DNA from: Candidatus Parcubacteria bacterium
GTDB taxonomy: Bacteria > Patescibacteriota > Minisyncoccia > Phycocordibacterales > PALSA-1337
DNA: 36,013 bases
Reading direction: 5' to 3'
NCBI GenBank assembly: GCA_034666165.1
Contig: JAXDMJ010000012.1
Span: forward strand, 1-36,013
Shown here: positions 24,770 through 33,019 of the stretch, in pieces
How positions within the stretch are numbered: the stretch's first letter is position 1
Layout: every line of letters starts with the position of its first letter
Notes under the pieces: model-generated
Database searches by the model: none
What the model was told of the DNA's origin: nothing
The model's input: only the letters and a program-made list of their open reading frames with translations
Position numbers and translations under genes: made by a program

Positions 24770-24778
24770 GGCGGTGCA

Positions 24779-26578
24779 ATGCCTGTTTATATGAAGCCCA
24801 TGAATCGCGGGCAGATATTCTCTCGAAGAAACGCCCTGGCCGCGGCGCTCCTGTGCTTTTTTGTCCTTTGTTCGTCACCGTATCTTGCAGAGGCTGCCTA
24901 TGATTTCGGACTGACATGGGGCTGGGGTGTGCTCGACGGAACAAATGCTTGGCAAATTTGCACGAATACTTCGTCGTGCCAGATCGGCTTAGAAGGCACA
25001 GGTAACGGAGAGTTCAATGATGCCCGCGGCATGGCCATGGATTCCCCCGGTAATTTCTATGTGGTTGAAGCAGGCAATGATCGCGTCCAAAAATTTAACT
25101 CCGCCGGCGCATATATAACCAAGTGGGGCAGCTTCGGTACAGGCAATGGGCAGTTCGACCGTCCGGAAGGCGTTGCCGTGGATTCATCCGGTAATGTCTA
25201 TATTCTTGATACGCACAACAACCGCGTCCAGAAATTTGACTCCGCCGGAGGATATATACTCCAGTGGGGAAGCGAAGGCTCCGGCAACAATCAGTTTGAA
25301 ATTCCACGCGGCATCGGCGTGGATCCCTCCGGCAACGTCTATGTGGCCGACGAGGGCAATGATCGCATCCAAAAATTTACATCTTCCGGTGTATATGTGG
25401 GCCAGCTGGGAAGCTCCGGTAGCGGCAATGGACAGTTTCTCGGTCCACTGGCCATAGCTTTCGATTCCTCCGGCAATGCATATGTGCTTGACTCTGGACA
25501 CCTCCGCGTCCAAAAATTCGACCCGTCAGGCGCATACGTGACCAAATGGGGAAACGTTGGCTCCGGCAACGGAGAGTTTTTCTCAATGTTCGATATAACT
25601 GTCGATTCTATCGGCAATGTCTACGTGGCTGACTCGGGCAATAGTCGTATCCAAAAATTTACCTCATCCGGCGCATACATCAGCCAGTGGGGAAGCTTCG
25701 GTACCGGCAACGGACAGTTTTATAATCCAACGGGCATTGCCTTGGATTCCTCGGGCGATTTCTACGCTGTTGACGCGTCCCAAAACCGTATCGTGAAGTT
25801 CATTCATCGGCTCCTGCCGACTCTCTCGACCGACGCTGCGTCCGCCATTACGTCTATTTCCGCTACGCTTAACGCGACCATATCGGACGCTGACGGAGCG
25901 AATGTCTCGGCCCGCGGTTTTGCTTACGGCACGACGACCGGTTATGGCGCTACCACGACCGAATCGGGCTCCTTCACCACCGGCTCATTCACAGCCGACC
26001 TTTCGTCCTTGGCTTGCAATACCGCCTACCACTTTAACGCATATGCGGCGACCTCCGCCGGCACCTCGACGGGTGCTGACCAGAGCTTCACGACTGGCGA
26101 CTGTCCTGTCCCCGTCACGCCGCAAACTCCCGAAATCCAGTCTTCACAAGTCAGCCATTCAAGGTCTGGAGGCCGAGTGTCTCTCACTAGGCTCTCCGCC
26201 ATTCTTGTTCCAGGCGCGGCAACCGACGCCTACCTCAGTTCCCTGGCGCACTCCGGAGCAAACTGCGCACCCGATGACTGCATGCCAACCGCCGGTTCGT
26301 CGTCTCCGATGTTCTCTGCACCGGTCGCGACTTCAACAGCATTTATGAGATCTCTCAAGTTGGGAGACACGGGATCCGATGTCAGACTGCTCCAGGTATT
26401 CTTGAACACTCACCACTCGATCATCTCCGACACCGGCCCCGGCTCTCCCGGCCGGGAAACCGGCAGTTTTGGACCAAAGACCAGAGCAGCCGTCATCATA
26501 TTTCAGAAGGACCACGGCATACCCGCGACAGGCTTCTTCGGGCCGCTGACGAGGGAATATGTTAACGCGCATCGATAA
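24779..26578 (+). CDS. Secreted six-bladed NHL-repeat beta-propeller protein with an Fn3-like domain and a C-terminal peptidoglycan-binding (PG_binding_1) domain
   Basis: Signal-peptide-like N-terminus (RRNALAAALLCFFVLCSSPYLAEA). Six ~47-aa repeats of type GNGQFxxPxGVAVDSSGNVYVxDxxNxRVQKF. The segment ATLNATISDADGANVSARGFAYGTTTGYG looks Fn3-like. C-terminal LKLGDTGSDVRLLQVFLN...GSFGPKTRAAVIIFQKDHGIPATGFFGPLT is the PG-binding signature. Confidence 0.85.
   Translation: MPVYMKPMNRGQIFSRRNALAAALLCFFVLCSSPYLAEAAYDFGLTWGWGVLDGTNAWQICTNTSSCQIGLEGTGNGEFNDARGMAMDSPGNFYVVEAGNDRVQKFNSAGAYITKWGSFGTGNGQFDRPEGVAVDSSGNVYILDTHNNRVQKFDSAGGYILQWGSEGSGNNQFEIPRGIGVDPSGNVYVADEGNDRIQKFTSSGVYVGQLGSSGSGNGQFLGPLAIAFDSSGNAYVLDSGHLRVQKFDPSGAYVTKWGNVGSGNGEFFSMFDITVDSIGNVYVADSGNSRIQKFTSSGAYISQWGSFGTGNGQFYNPTGIALDSSGDFYAVDASQNRIVKFIHRLLPTLSTDAASAITSISATLNATISDADGANVSARGFAYGTTTGYGATTTESGSFTTGSFTADLSSLACNTAYHFNAYAATSAGTSTGADQSFTTGDCPVPVTPQTPEIQSSQVSHSRSGGRVSLTRLSAILVPGAATDAYLSSLAHSGANCAPDDCMPTAGSSSPMFSAPVATSTAFMRSLKLGDTGSDVRLLQVFLNTHHSIISDTGPGSPGRETGSFGPKTRAAVIIFQKDHGIPATGFFGPLTREYVNAHR
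24998..25800 (+). repeat. Six tandem ~141-bp coding repeats (NHL blades)
   Basis: Recurring DNA blocks such as cgcgtccaaaaatttaactccgccggcgcatatata / cgcgtccagaaatttgactccgccggaggatatata / cgcatccaaaaatttacatcttccggtgtatatgtg at about 141-bp spacing. Confidence 0.8.
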
Positions 26579-26610
26579 GTTCTCCGGCCATTCTCTGTCT
26601 ACCTCAAATA

Positions 26611-26619
26611 TGCTAAAGT
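26611..26619 (+). promoter_or_regulatory. Extended -10 promoter element TGCTAAAGT, 12 nt upstream of the secA ATG
   Basis: TGc + TAAAGT. The predicted leader of ~5-6 nt has no SD. Confidence 0.35.
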
Positions 26620-26631
26620 GCCAGTTATTCT

Positions 26632-29259
26632 ATGGCATTTTTAGAGAAATTATTCGGCGCGGCGCACACCAAAGGGCCAAAAAAATTCGAACCGGCAGTC
26701 CGCACGATCAACGAATTGGAGCAACGCCTGCGGGCGCTTTCCGATGAGGAATTGAAGGCCAAGACAGCGGAGTTCCGGGAGACTCTCTCGAATGGAGCGG
26801 CGAGTTCGGCGAACCGCACGGAAGCGGAAGTTCTCGGCGAAATTCTGCCTGAAGCCTTCGCGGTTGTCCGCGAAGCGGCGAGGCGGACTCTCGGTCAGAG
26901 GCATTTTGACGTGCAACTCTTGGGCGGCATGGTCCTTGATTCGGGAGCGATTTCTGAAATGAGGACCGGTGAAGGCAAGACCCTTGTCGCCACCCTGCCC
27001 GCCTATCTGAACGCGCTTAGCGGAAAAGGCGTCCACATCGTCACCGTGAACGACTACCTCTCCGCCCGCGACGCCGTCTGGATGGGCCAGATCTACGATT
27101 TTTTGGGACTTTCCGTCGGGGTGATCAATCATGAAGCCAGCTATTTGTATGACCCGAAGCACCGGCCAGAAGATGATCCGCTGGACAAAGAACGCGATCA
27201 AACCGGCGCGTTCAAAGTCGTCCATGAATTTCTGCGGCCAGCCTCCCGCCGCGAGGCCTATGCTGCGGACATCACCTACGGCACCAACAATGAATTCGGC
27301 TTCGATTATCTGCGGGACAACCTCGAATACAGCCCAGAGCGGCTGAGGCAGAGGGATTTCAATTACGCCATCGTGGACGAGATCGACTCGATCCTGATCG
27401 ACGAGGCGCGCACACCGCTCATCATCTCTGCGCCGACCCGCGATGCCGAAGGGACGTATCGCCAGTTCGCCTCAATGGTCGGCGCCTTTAAAGACGGCGA
27501 AGATTATACCGTCGAAGAAAAGCATCATTCTATTTCGCTCACGGCCGCGGGCATCACCAAGGCCGAAAAGATCCTGGGCATAGACAATATATATACGGAC
27601 CGCGGCATCAAGTCCGTCCATCATCTGGAAACGGCCATCAAAGCCAAGGCGCTGTATCGCCGAGACAAGGAATATGTCGTCAAGGACGGACAGATCGTGA
27701 TCGTCGACGAATTCACTGGGCGCTTGCAGCCGGGACGGCGCTGGTCGGACGGTCTGCATCAGGCCGTCGAGGCCAAGGAGGGCGTGCCCATCCAGCAGGA
27801 ATCGCGGACTTACGCCTCGATCACGTTCCAGAATTTCTTCCGGATGTATCCGAAATTATCGGGCATGACCGGCACGGCCGCTACCTCGGCGGAGGAATTC
27901 TTCAAAGTCTACGGCTTGGAGGTCTATTCGATCCCGACAAACGTTCCCGCCATCCGCCAGGACCAGAACGACCAGATCTTCCGCACTGAGCTCGGCAAGT
28001 ACAAGGCCATAGCGCGGAAAGTCAAAGAGCTCAATCAGAAAGGCCAGCCCATCCTGATCGGCACGGTCTCGATTGAAAAGAACGAAGTGCTCTCGCAATT
28101 CCTCAAAGCCGAAGGCGTGAGGCACGAGATCCTGAACGCCAAGAATCACGAGCGCGAAGGCGAGATCATCGCCCAAGCCGGCAAAGAGGGCGCGGTGACG
28201 ATCGCGACCAACATGGCCGGCCGCGGCGTGGACATAAGACTCGGCGGCAATCCCAACACGGCTGATTCGTATCAAGCGGTCAAGAAGGCCGGCGGTCTTT
28301 TCGTCTTGGGCACCGAACGCCATGAAGCCCGCCGCATCGACAATCAGCTGCGCGGCCGTTCCGGCCGGCAGGGCGACCCGGGAGAGACGCAATTCTTCGT
28401 CTCGCTCGAAGACAGTTTGATGCGGATCTTCGCCTCCGACACGTTAAAATCGATGATGGGACGCCTCGGCATGCCGGAAGACGAGGCCATCGAGCACAAG
28501 ATCATTTCGCGGGCATTGGAATCGGCCCAGCAGAAGATCGAAGGCTTCAATTTCGATTCGCGCAAGCACGTGCTTGAATTTGACGATGTCATCAATCATC
28601 AGCGCCGCTCCATGTACGGCAGGCGCCGCAAGCTCTTGCTCGGCACGGTCGATGACGTGGAGAACGCATTGACGGAAATCGTTCCCGAAGCCGCCGAGAC
28701 GATCGAGAAAAAAATCGCGGAATTCGGCCGAGAGCCTTTTTTGCAAGCTGTACGGATCATATTGCTTCAGACCATCGATATGTACTGGGTGGAGCATCTG
28801 GAGGTCATGGACTATACGCGCTCAAGCGTGAATCTTCGCGCCTATGGGCAACGCGACCCCTTGGTCGAATACAAGAAAGAAGGCCTGCGCCTCTTTAAGG
28901 AAATGCAGGGCGCCGTGAAAGAACAAGTCCTGAAAATTCTGGAGCATGTCGTGCCGGTCGTGAACGGCATGCCGGTCGCCGCTCAATCCGCCGGCCCGTC
29001 GCAGGGACAAACCGAAAGCCGAGGAGATCGGGACATCCGCGCCGAGCTCAAGGAAGTCCATGAGAGCGCGCAAATGATCGGCGCGGCCGACGGATCGAAG
29101 GGTCCGATGGGCGCAGGGGTGCCCGCTCTAGCTCGCGGGGAACGAGAACTCGGCCGCAATGATCCGTGCTGGTGCGGGTCAGGCAGGAAATATAAGAATT
29201 GCGGCCTGAAAAACACACCGGAGCACCAAAAACTCGCGGCGGCGAAAAATCAATCATGA
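26632..29259 (+). CDS. secA: Preprotein translocase ATPase SecA
   Basis: LGQRHFDVQLLGGMVLDSGAISEMRTGEGKTLVATLPAYLNAL (Walker A region), DEIDSILIDEARTPLIIS (DEAD-like motif), TNMAGRGVDIRLGG, C-terminal zinc-binding tail CWCGSGRKYKNCG. Confidence 0.97.
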   Translation: MAFLEKLFGAAHTKGPKKFEPAVRTINELEQRLRALSDEELKAKTAEFRETLSNGAASSANRTEAEVLGEILPEAFAVVREAARRTLGQRHFDVQLLGGMVLDSGAISEMRTGEGKTLVATLPAYLNALSGKGVHIVTVNDYLSARDAVWMGQIYDFLGLSVGVINHEASYLYDPKHRPEDDPLDKERDQTGAFKVVHEFLRPASRREAYAADITYGTNNEFGFDYLRDNLEYSPERLRQRDFNYAIVDEIDSILIDEARTPLIISAPTRDAEGTYRQFASMVGAFKDGEDYTVEEKHHSISLTAAGITKAEKILGIDNIYTDRGIKSVHHLETAIKAKALYRRDKEYVVKDGQIVIVDEFTGRLQPGRRWSDGLHQAVEAKEGVPIQQESRTYASITFQNFFRMYPKLSGMTGTAATSAEEFFKVYGLEVYSIPTNVPAIRQDQNDQIFRTELGKYKAIARKVKELNQKGQPILIGTVSIEKNEVLSQFLKAEGVRHEILNAKNHEREGEIIAQAGKEGAVTIATNMAGRGVDIRLGGNPNTADSYQAVKKAGGLFVLGTERHEARRIDNQLRGRSGRQGDPGETQFFVSLEDSLMRIFASDTLKSMMGRLGMPEDEAIEHKIISRALESAQQKIEGFNFDSRKHVLEFDDVINHQRRSMYGRRRKLLLGTVDDVENALTEIVPEAAETIEKKIAEFGREPFLQAVRIILLQTIDMYWVEHLEVMDYTRSSVNLRAYGQRDPLVEYKKEGLRLFKEMQGAVKEQVLKILEHVVPVVNGMPVAAQSAGPSQGQTESRGDRDIRAELKEVHESAQMIGAADGSKGPMGAGVPALARGERELGRNDPCWCGSGRKYKNCGLKNTPEHQKLAAAKNQS

Positions 29260-30197
29260 AGAAGAAAAAAATCATAGTGACTGGCGGCGCCGGTTTTATA
29301 GGATCGAATCTGGTCGATGCGCTGATCGAGCGCGGCCATGAAGTACACGTCATCGATAATTTGGTCGGTGGCAAAAGGGGAAATGTGAACCGTCGAGCCA
29401 AGCTCTATGTCAAAGACATCACGGATTTGAAGGCCATTGAGCCGCTATTCAAGGGGGCCGAATACGTCTTCCATCTGGCGGCCCTGCCGCGAGTGCAATT
29501 TTCTATCGAGCATCCGGCTTTGGCACATGATGCCAATGTCAACGGGACCCTCAATGTCCTCATTGCTGCTCAAAAGGCCAGGGTCAAGAGGATAATATAC
29601 TCGGCTTCGAGTTCGGCTTACGGAGATCAGAAATCCATGCCATTGGTCGAAACCATGGGCGCGATGCCAAAAAGCCCCTATGGATTGCACAAATATATCG
29701 GCGAGCTCTACTGCCGCGTCTGGAGCGAGGTTTACGGAATCCCTACGGTCTCGCTGCGCTATTTCAATGTCTACGGTCCACGCAACAGTTCCGAAGGGGC
29801 CTATGCCTTGGTCATCGCGAAATTCATCGATCAAAGGCGCAGGGACCGGACCCTCACGATCACGGGCGACGGAAAACAGACGAGGGATTTTACCCACGTA
29901 AGGGACGTGGTCAAGGCCAACCTTCTCGCCATGAAAAGCCGCAATGTCGGCAATGGGGAAGCATTGAACATCGGCGCGGGGAGGAATGTCTCCATTAATG
30001 CCGTCGCGAAGCTTATCGGCGGTCCGGTCAAGCATATCCCCGCCCGCTTCGAGCCGAAGAATACGCTGGCCGACAATTCTCTTGCCAGAACGCTTCTGGG
30101 CTGGAAGCCGCGCGTATCGATCGAAGAAGGCATCAGCGAGCTCAAGAAACTCGCCGGCATCATTCATAGAGCGAACATTAATGCCGGAAGAAGATAA
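29256..30197 (+). CDS. NAD-dependent sugar-nucleotide epimerase/dehydratase (extended SDR, UDP-hexose 4-epimerase-like)
   Basis: MKKKKIIVTGGAGFIGSNLV Rossmann motif and catalytic SASSSAYG...YGLHKYIGE (S/YxxxK). ATG 29256 forms an ATGA overlap with the secA stop. The ORF-track start at 29199 lies inside secA. Confidence 0.85.
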   Translation: MKKKKIIVTGGAGFIGSNLVDALIERGHEVHVIDNLVGGKRGNVNRRAKLYVKDITDLKAIEPLFKGAEYVFHLAALPRVQFSIEHPALAHDANVNGTLNVLIAAQKARVKRIIYSASSSAYGDQKSMPLVETMGAMPKSPYGLHKYIGELYCRVWSEVYGIPTVSLRYFNVYGPRNSSEGAYALVIAKFIDQRRRDRTLTITGDGKQTRDFTHVRDVVKANLLAMKSRNVGNGEALNIGAGRNVSINAVAKLIGGPVKHIPARFEPKNTLADNSLARTLLGWKPRVSIEEGISELKKLAGIIHRANINAGRR

Positions 30198-30339
30198 AAA
30201 AGGGAACAGATCGATCGAGGAACTCGGGCATTTCAGCTGTCGCGAGTGCGAAAAATGGTGGAGCATCGGAGATGCTCCGGAAAGCAAGCGTGACTGGTTT
30301 TGTCCATGGTGCGGGGAGGAAAACACCTATGATGCCTAG
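30181..30339 (+). CDS. Small zinc-ribbon protein (52 aa), overlapping both neighbours
   Basis: MPEEDKKGNRSIEELGHFSCRECEKWWSIGDAPESKRDWFCPWCGEENTYDA has CxxC-17 residues-CxxC. It overlaps the epimerase 3' end by 17 nt and the Nudix 5' end by 11 nt. No clear SD. It may be a chance ORF. Confidence 0.45.
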   Translation: MPEEDKKGNRSIEELGHFSCRECEKWWSIGDAPESKRDWFCPWCGEENTYDA

Positions 30340-30820
30340 TCCGAAGAAGATCATGACGCTCGCGCTTGTCCACCGTCATCCGCAGATATTGCTTGGCCTG
30401 AAAAAAGAGGGGTTTGGCGCCGGCCGCTGGAACGGCTTTGGCGGGAAAGTCGAAGAAGGGGAGAGCATCGAAGAAGCGGCTCGCCGGGAAGTCCGGGAAG
30501 AATGCGGCATCGAATGTGATCGTCTCGCCAAGCTCGGCCTCCTCCGATTCGAATTCGAGGACGATCCGCTCGCCTTGGAAGTCCATGTCTTCAAAGCGAC
30601 CGAATACCGCGGTGAGCCGGTTGAGACCGCGGAGATGAAGCCGCAGTGGTTCATGGTCGACGATACCCCTTTCAAAGATATGTGGCAAGATGATGTCTAC
30701 TGGATGCCGCTCTTTTTGAAAGGCCGGAAGTTTCAGGGGCGATTTCTGTTCGATAAGGATCATAACCTCTTGAACCGTGAGGTGCGTGAAGTGACGGATG
30801 AGAGCTCGTGGGCCAGATGA
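30329..30820 (+). CDS. Nudix hydrolase, MTH1/NUDT1-like (oxidised purine nucleoside triphosphate pyrophosphatase)
   Basis: Nudix box [24 protein letters not shown]. Flanking [14 protein letters not shown] and C-terminal [27 protein letters not shown] closely resemble my recollection of animal NUDT1. ATG 30329 chosen; the ORF track opens at 30272. Confidence 0.85.
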   Translation: [163 protein letters not shown]

Positions 30821-30826
30821 GATAAT
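30818..30826 (+). promoter_or_regulatory. Extended -10-like element TGAGATAAT overlapping the Nudix stop codon
   Basis: TGa + GATAAT, 35 nt upstream of ATG 30862. Confidence 0.25.
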
Positions 30827-30861
30827 TCACAAAAACACAAAGCCGTGGTAACGTGTGAGGA

Positions 30862-31941
30862 ATGAACTCCCGCATCTCCTCCTATTTCTTCTTCGTGCTT
30901 TTGCTCTGCGCGGTCGTCGCGGCCATCGTCATTTTTCTGCCTTTTCTCACTCCTGTCGTCCTGGCCGTGGCTGTCGCTGTTCTGGTATATCCGATCTATC
31001 GCTTCTTCTGCCGCTTGTTTGGACCGAAGAAATGGGGTTCAAGCCTGGCGTCATTTTTGACGGTCCTTGTGATAGCGATCGTCATCATGATCCCGCTCTT
31101 CTTTTTCGCGGCCAGGCTCTACGATGAGATCCATGCGCTCTACGGCATGCTCACCGACGAGTCGGGCAGATCGGAGCTTATCAGATCTTTAAATTCATTG
31201 TCGGCCGCCCTCTCGGACCGGCTGTTCAATCTCTTTCCGGCATATTCCTTCGATTCCTTCAACATCACCGAATACTTCAAGAGCGCCCTTCAGTGGATAT
31301 TCAGCAATCTGAACGCCATTTTCAGCGGTTTTGCCAAGGTCGTCGCCTTTTCCTTCGTGTTCCTGATCGCCCTCTTTTATTTTCTGCGCGACGGCGAGGC
31401 CATCAAGAGGAAGTTCATATCGTGGAGCCCGCTTCTCGATCATCATGATGAGTATATTACGGCCACGCTGCGGCGCGCCATCCAGTCGGTTTTTGCCGGC
31501 ACGATCGTCGTCTGCATCATCCAAGGCATCCTGACCGGTCTCGGTTTCTTGTTTTTCGGCATTCCGGCTCCGGCGCTCTGGGGCTCGGTGGCCGCTTTGG
31601 CCGCTCTTGTCCCCGGCATCGGCACCAGCCTCGTCCTCATTCCGGGCATAATTTACCTCATTGTTTCAGGCAATATCCCTTATGCCGTCGGTTTGGCGAT
31701 CTGGGGAGCTTTGGCCGTCGGCACGGTAGATAATATCCTTGGACCATATTTGGTCAATCGGGGCATTCAGATCCATCCCTTCCTGATCCTGGTCTCGGTC
31801 TTAGGCGGCTTGGCCACGTTCGGACCGATCGGTTTCGTCTTTGGACCACTGATCATTTCTTTCTTATTCGCCCTACTCGAAATCTATCGAAAGTCTTTTG
31901 GCCAAAAGAATGCGGATGCCGCGGCGGAAGCGAAGCCGTGA
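30862..31941 (+). CDS. AI-2E family transporter (PerM/UPF0118-type permease)
   Basis: 359 aa with about 8 helices. Typical family segments FLRDGEAIKRKF and VGTVDNILGPYLVNRGIQIHPFLILVSVLGGLATFGPIGFVFGP. Confidence 0.85.
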   Translation: MNSRISSYFFFVLLLCAVVAAIVIFLPFLTPVVLAVAVAVLVYPIYRFFCRLFGPKKWGSSLASFLTVLVIAIVIMIPLFFFAARLYDEIHALYGMLTDESGRSELIRSLNSLSAALSDRLFNLFPAYSFDSFNITEYFKSALQWIFSNLNAIFSGFAKVVAFSFVFLIALFYFLRDGEAIKRKFISWSPLLDHHDEYITATLRRAIQSVFAGTIVVCIIQGILTGLGFLFFGIPAPALWGSVAALAALVPGIGTSLVLIPGIIYLIVSGNIPYAVGLAIWGALAVGTVDNILGPYLVNRGIQIHPFLILVSVLGGLATFGPIGFVFGPLIISFLFALLEIYRKSFGQKNADAAAEAKP

Positions 31942-31968
31942 TCGAAGCGAAGCCGTCATAGATCTACC

Positions 31969-32940
31969 ATGGCCTTTATCGATGAAATAAAATTTCACGG
32001 GCAGGCCGGCGACGGCGGCATGGGCGTAGTGCGCTGGCGTCATCTGAAGGGCAAGCAATTTTCCGGAGCGGCTGGCGGCAACGGCGGCAAAGGCGGCGAC
32101 GTCCTCGTGCGGGCCACCCGCGATTTGAGCATCCTCTCGCGGCATAAGTCCGTAAAAAAATTCGTGGCAGGCAAGGGCGGCGCTGGACAAGCCGACAGCC
32201 GTCACGGGAAAAATGGCGAGGATAAAGTCATTGATCTGCCGATCGGCTCAGTCGTGACTAATCTTTCGACCGGACGCACGGTCGAGCTTCTGGTTGATGG
32301 ACAGACGGAGCTCATCCTTCACGGCGGCTCGGGCGGGCTCGGTAACGAATACTTCAAGGCTTCGACCAATGTGAAGCCGGAGCAATCGACGCGCGGCCGA
32401 ACGGGCGAGTCGGCGGAGTTCACCGTCGAATTGAATCTGATCGCCGATGCCGGTCTGGTCGGTCTGCCAAATGCCGGCAAGTCGAGCCTGTTGAATGCGC
32501 TCACCAATGCGGATGCCAAAGTCGGCAGCTATGCCTTCACCACCCTCGACCCCAATCTCGGAGCGATCCGCGGATATGTCATCGCCGACATCCCCGGACT
32601 GATCGAGGGCGCCTCGGAGGGCAAAGGTCTCGGCCATAAATTTCTGCGGCACATCAAGCGCACGAAGATGATCCTGCATCTGATCTCGCTTGAGAATGAA
32701 GATATCGAATCGGCCTACTTCGTCATTCGCCGCGAGCTCCAAAGATACGGTCGCGGCCTGCCGGAAAAAAGGGAGACGATAATCTTGACTAAGACGGATC
32801 AGGTCGACGCTCGTGCGATTCGGACGGCGCGAGATATCCTAAAAAAGCACGATAAAGATATCTTGGAAGTGTCCGTACTGGACGACCGCGCAGTCAAAAA
32901 ATTGGCAGAAGCGATCGTCAGGCGACTCCAAAAAGAGTGA
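31969..32940 (+). CDS. obg: GTPase Obg/CgtA (short form: Obg fold + G domain, no C-terminal extension)
   Basis: MAFIDEIKFHGQAGDGGMGVVRWRHLKGKQFSGAAGGNGGKGGDV (glycine-rich Obg fold). G1 GLPNAGKSSL, G3 DIPGLIEGA, G4 TKTD. Confidence 0.92.
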   Translation: MAFIDEIKFHGQAGDGGMGVVRWRHLKGKQFSGAAGGNGGKGGDVLVRATRDLSILSRHKSVKKFVAGKGGAGQADSRHGKNGEDKVIDLPIGSVVTNLSTGRTVELLVDGQTELILHGGSGGLGNEYFKASTNVKPEQSTRGRTGESAEFTVELNLIADAGLVGLPNAGKSSLLNALTNADAKVGSYAFTTLDPNLGAIRGYVIADIPGLIEGASEGKGLGHKFLRHIKRTKMILHLISLENEDIESAYFVIRRELQRYGRGLPEKRETIILTKTDQVDARAIRTARDILKKHDKDILEVSVLDDRAVKKLAEAIVRRLQKE

Positions 32941-33019
32941 CATCCTGCGCGGGGCAGGGGAGAGAAAATTTATAAGCTTTCGCTTCCTCGACGCGGATCT
33001 TTTTCTCCTTTAGTAATGA

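Noticed and set aside
1449-28392. Other long antisense or out-of-frame ORFs (for example 1449-1949, 5784-6260, 6968-7417, 8253-8681, 9881-10339, 10881-11468, 22309-22887, 26650-27225, 27856-28392, and many 60-120-aa ORFs)
   Set aside because: Each is nested in or opposite a gene with strong family motifs. Their compositions are biased (Arg/Gly/Pro/Ser-rich), and none has an independent start context or a domain signature.
29445-30326. 293-aa minus-strand ORF
   Set aside because: It is antisense to the SDR epimerase, which has unmistakable GGAGFIGS and YxxxK motifs. The ORF has no motifs of its own and looks like a GC-rich shadow frame.
32941-33019. Possible bidirectional terminator between the convergent obg and gatB genes
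   Set aside because: There is only a weak 5-bp hairpin (CCTGC-N5-GCAGG, 32944-32958) with no adjacent T- or A-tract, which is not enough to call.
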